From contig CM060731.1 of NCBI GenBank assembly GCA_030704615.1, positions 67,394,001-67,458,000 on the forward strand: a stretch of DNA of 64,000 nucleotides. The letters are read 5' to 3'. This stretch comes from Takakia lepidozioides (taxonomy: Eukaryota; Plantae; Bryophyta). Within the stretch, counting starts at the first letter, position 1, and each line of letters opens with the position of its first letter. A program made the position numbers and the translations under genes. Shown here piece after piece: positions 62,301-64,000 of the stretch. The notes beneath the pieces were generated by a model. That model saw only the letters and a list, made by a program, of their open reading frames with translations. It did not search any database and was not told where the DNA came from.

Positions 62301-63894
62301 CACCCAAACATATCAGAACCGCTACTTTGCAAAGGTACAGTACTTAGGAGCAGAGTGGCAGAGTGCAATCATCTGTTCAACCAGTGTGCACCTTCAATCA
62401 CCAACATAAGCCAGCTGGGCTCAACCAGAAGATTGTTTCTTCCTTGTCCAGGCATAATACTCCACATGTCAATACATGCAGTGTTTGGTACGGGTTAAGG
62501 TCCAGATAGTTACTGGCGAAGGATGGTAGAAGTAATGACGAACATGGTGGGTCATGGAGGTTTGTAACAAGACTAGGTGCATACAATGGTGGTTGCACTA
62601 AAGAGGAGGATGACTTGTACATGCTGGCCTGGCAAGTACTCAGGCCTGAGGACAGTGTTCAGCTCAGGTTTGAGAGCAGTGGCCATTGTAGTTTAACACC
62701 GAATGTGTTCAATAGTCATTGTAGTGAAGTGCATAATTAATGGACATGCAGTTCTGTGAAAGATTCATAGCAGCTTTGCTTAGCCTCATTGATTTCCTGT
62801 GCTACATGGCTATTCACCCCTACCATCATCTTCCTATGAAAATTTTGCTGTCAATGAACATCATGTAGACATCTTGAAGTTCACTCAGTTTTCATAATAA
62901 AAGCCCATTCATGACCCAGGTGTTGCACAAAGTAATGTGGTTTGAGTATTCGAAAGTAGAGTCATGTACATATCTAGGAAGTTCAATCAATTTTTTTGAA
63001 ACAGGAATAGGAGAACTTACCAATAGATGGTAGTAAAAGATTAAAAATAAAATAATTGACTTACTGAAGAAGGAGATCACTCATATTATGCATATATAGA
63101 TTAGAAGTCTCGCCTCCCTCCCTCCACAAGGTAACACATCAGCACGAAGACACAAGGAAAACAACTGCTAATCGGTACAGTAGCAATAGACTCCCCCTCA
63201 AGACATTCCAGGGAGGCCTTACACAGCCCCAGGGCAACTACAAATATCTAGGTCGTCAGACATGGAAATGAGAATTAGACAGGTAAGGCTAACCTGTGCA
63301 CTCTGACTTTCTATCAGATGCAAAAGGCCAAAGATTGCTTGGCTGTGGGTTTGGATTAGGCAGCTTCACAGAAAGCAACGTGAATTCATCATAATGTAGT
63401 GGTTCAAGGGCACAGCCCTCTGACGCTAGCTCAAAATCGGCCCACAGTGTCGTTGGCCAATCACTGTCCGTGCACAAGCGATCGGTGGGGTATGAAGGCC
63501 TAGTAGTAAAGACATCGTACTGAAATGCAGACGTTTGAGTGCTGCATTGTTGGCCCACTAGGGGCAGCCCAACACAGCTAATGATTCAATAGAGAGATCA
63601 AGGAAGAATGTACCCCTGGCGGTGCTCCAACTATGAGACGCCGAGAGTGCGCCGCCAGTCTAGTCTACTCTAAGTAGCGAGAGAGAGAGAGAGAGAGGAT
63701 CTGAAATTAACAAGAAAACTTACCAGGAAGCAATTCTTGGTTGAGTGCAGAGCGCGATCTGGCAGTGTCTTGAGGAAACAAGGAAACAAGCTGGCCTTGG
63801 GCTTCGTCTTCCGCTTCCCATGTGCAATGAAACATGCATGTGAGCACACTGCGCATGGGGTGTATCGATCCGCCCTCACATTCTCTTCCCCCAT
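59303..63894 (-). CDS. REM/VRN1-like protein with two B3 DNA-binding domains; exons about 63724-63894, 60679-62046, 59303-60145 (about 790 aa)
   Basis: B3 motifs FLKTL../KLPISFV..LEGASGCEWRV..GGWRIFARDHWLEKGEQLMF and VVMRPSHI../RVPRQF..GQSW..GWRDFAHVHSLKECDACVFE. Phase-0 GT/AG introns split each B3 domain; acidic Ser-rich linker. Confidence 0.85.
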
Positions 63895-64000
63895 TCGTAC
63901 GATAGTAACCCCAAACTTCAAATCTGAAACCCACAATCTTAGCTCTTCGTAAGCATCATTCTGCTTACTTCACTTCACATCCGAAGGCAGAAATAAAGAT

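Overview
This is eukaryotic, intron-containing plant genomic DNA; the gene and TE content suggest a bryophyte or other early-diverging land plant (inference). Two host genes flank about 52 kb of nested retroelements: the 5' part of a CNGC ion-channel gene (457-2000, minus, running off the left edge) and a two-B3-domain gene (59303-63894, minus). The dominant element, here called family X, is a Ty3/gypsy-type retrotransposon present as three decayed copies plus one solo remnant. It has four unusual features. (1) A DNMT3-like C5 cytosine methyltransferase lies between protease and RT. (2) A PHD finger ends the integrase. (3) It lacks normal LTRs and instead has A-internal-B-A-B termini, with 4-bp TSDs seen three times and a palindromic CA-GC-TG junction between B and A. 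(4) It has no tRNA PBS, but a 13-nt self-complementary primer-like site. Together these suggest that the reverse-transcription LTR is B+A and that integration occurs from a circle at an internal att site (inference). Nested inside are two full-length chromodomain-bearing gypsy elements, a truncated Tcn1/Tf1-like element and a TRIM whose LTR carries a tRNA-like sequence. CRE-like and L1-like non-LTR fragments are also present. All TE ORFs are disrupted. Coordinates were read by eye and may be off by a few bases.
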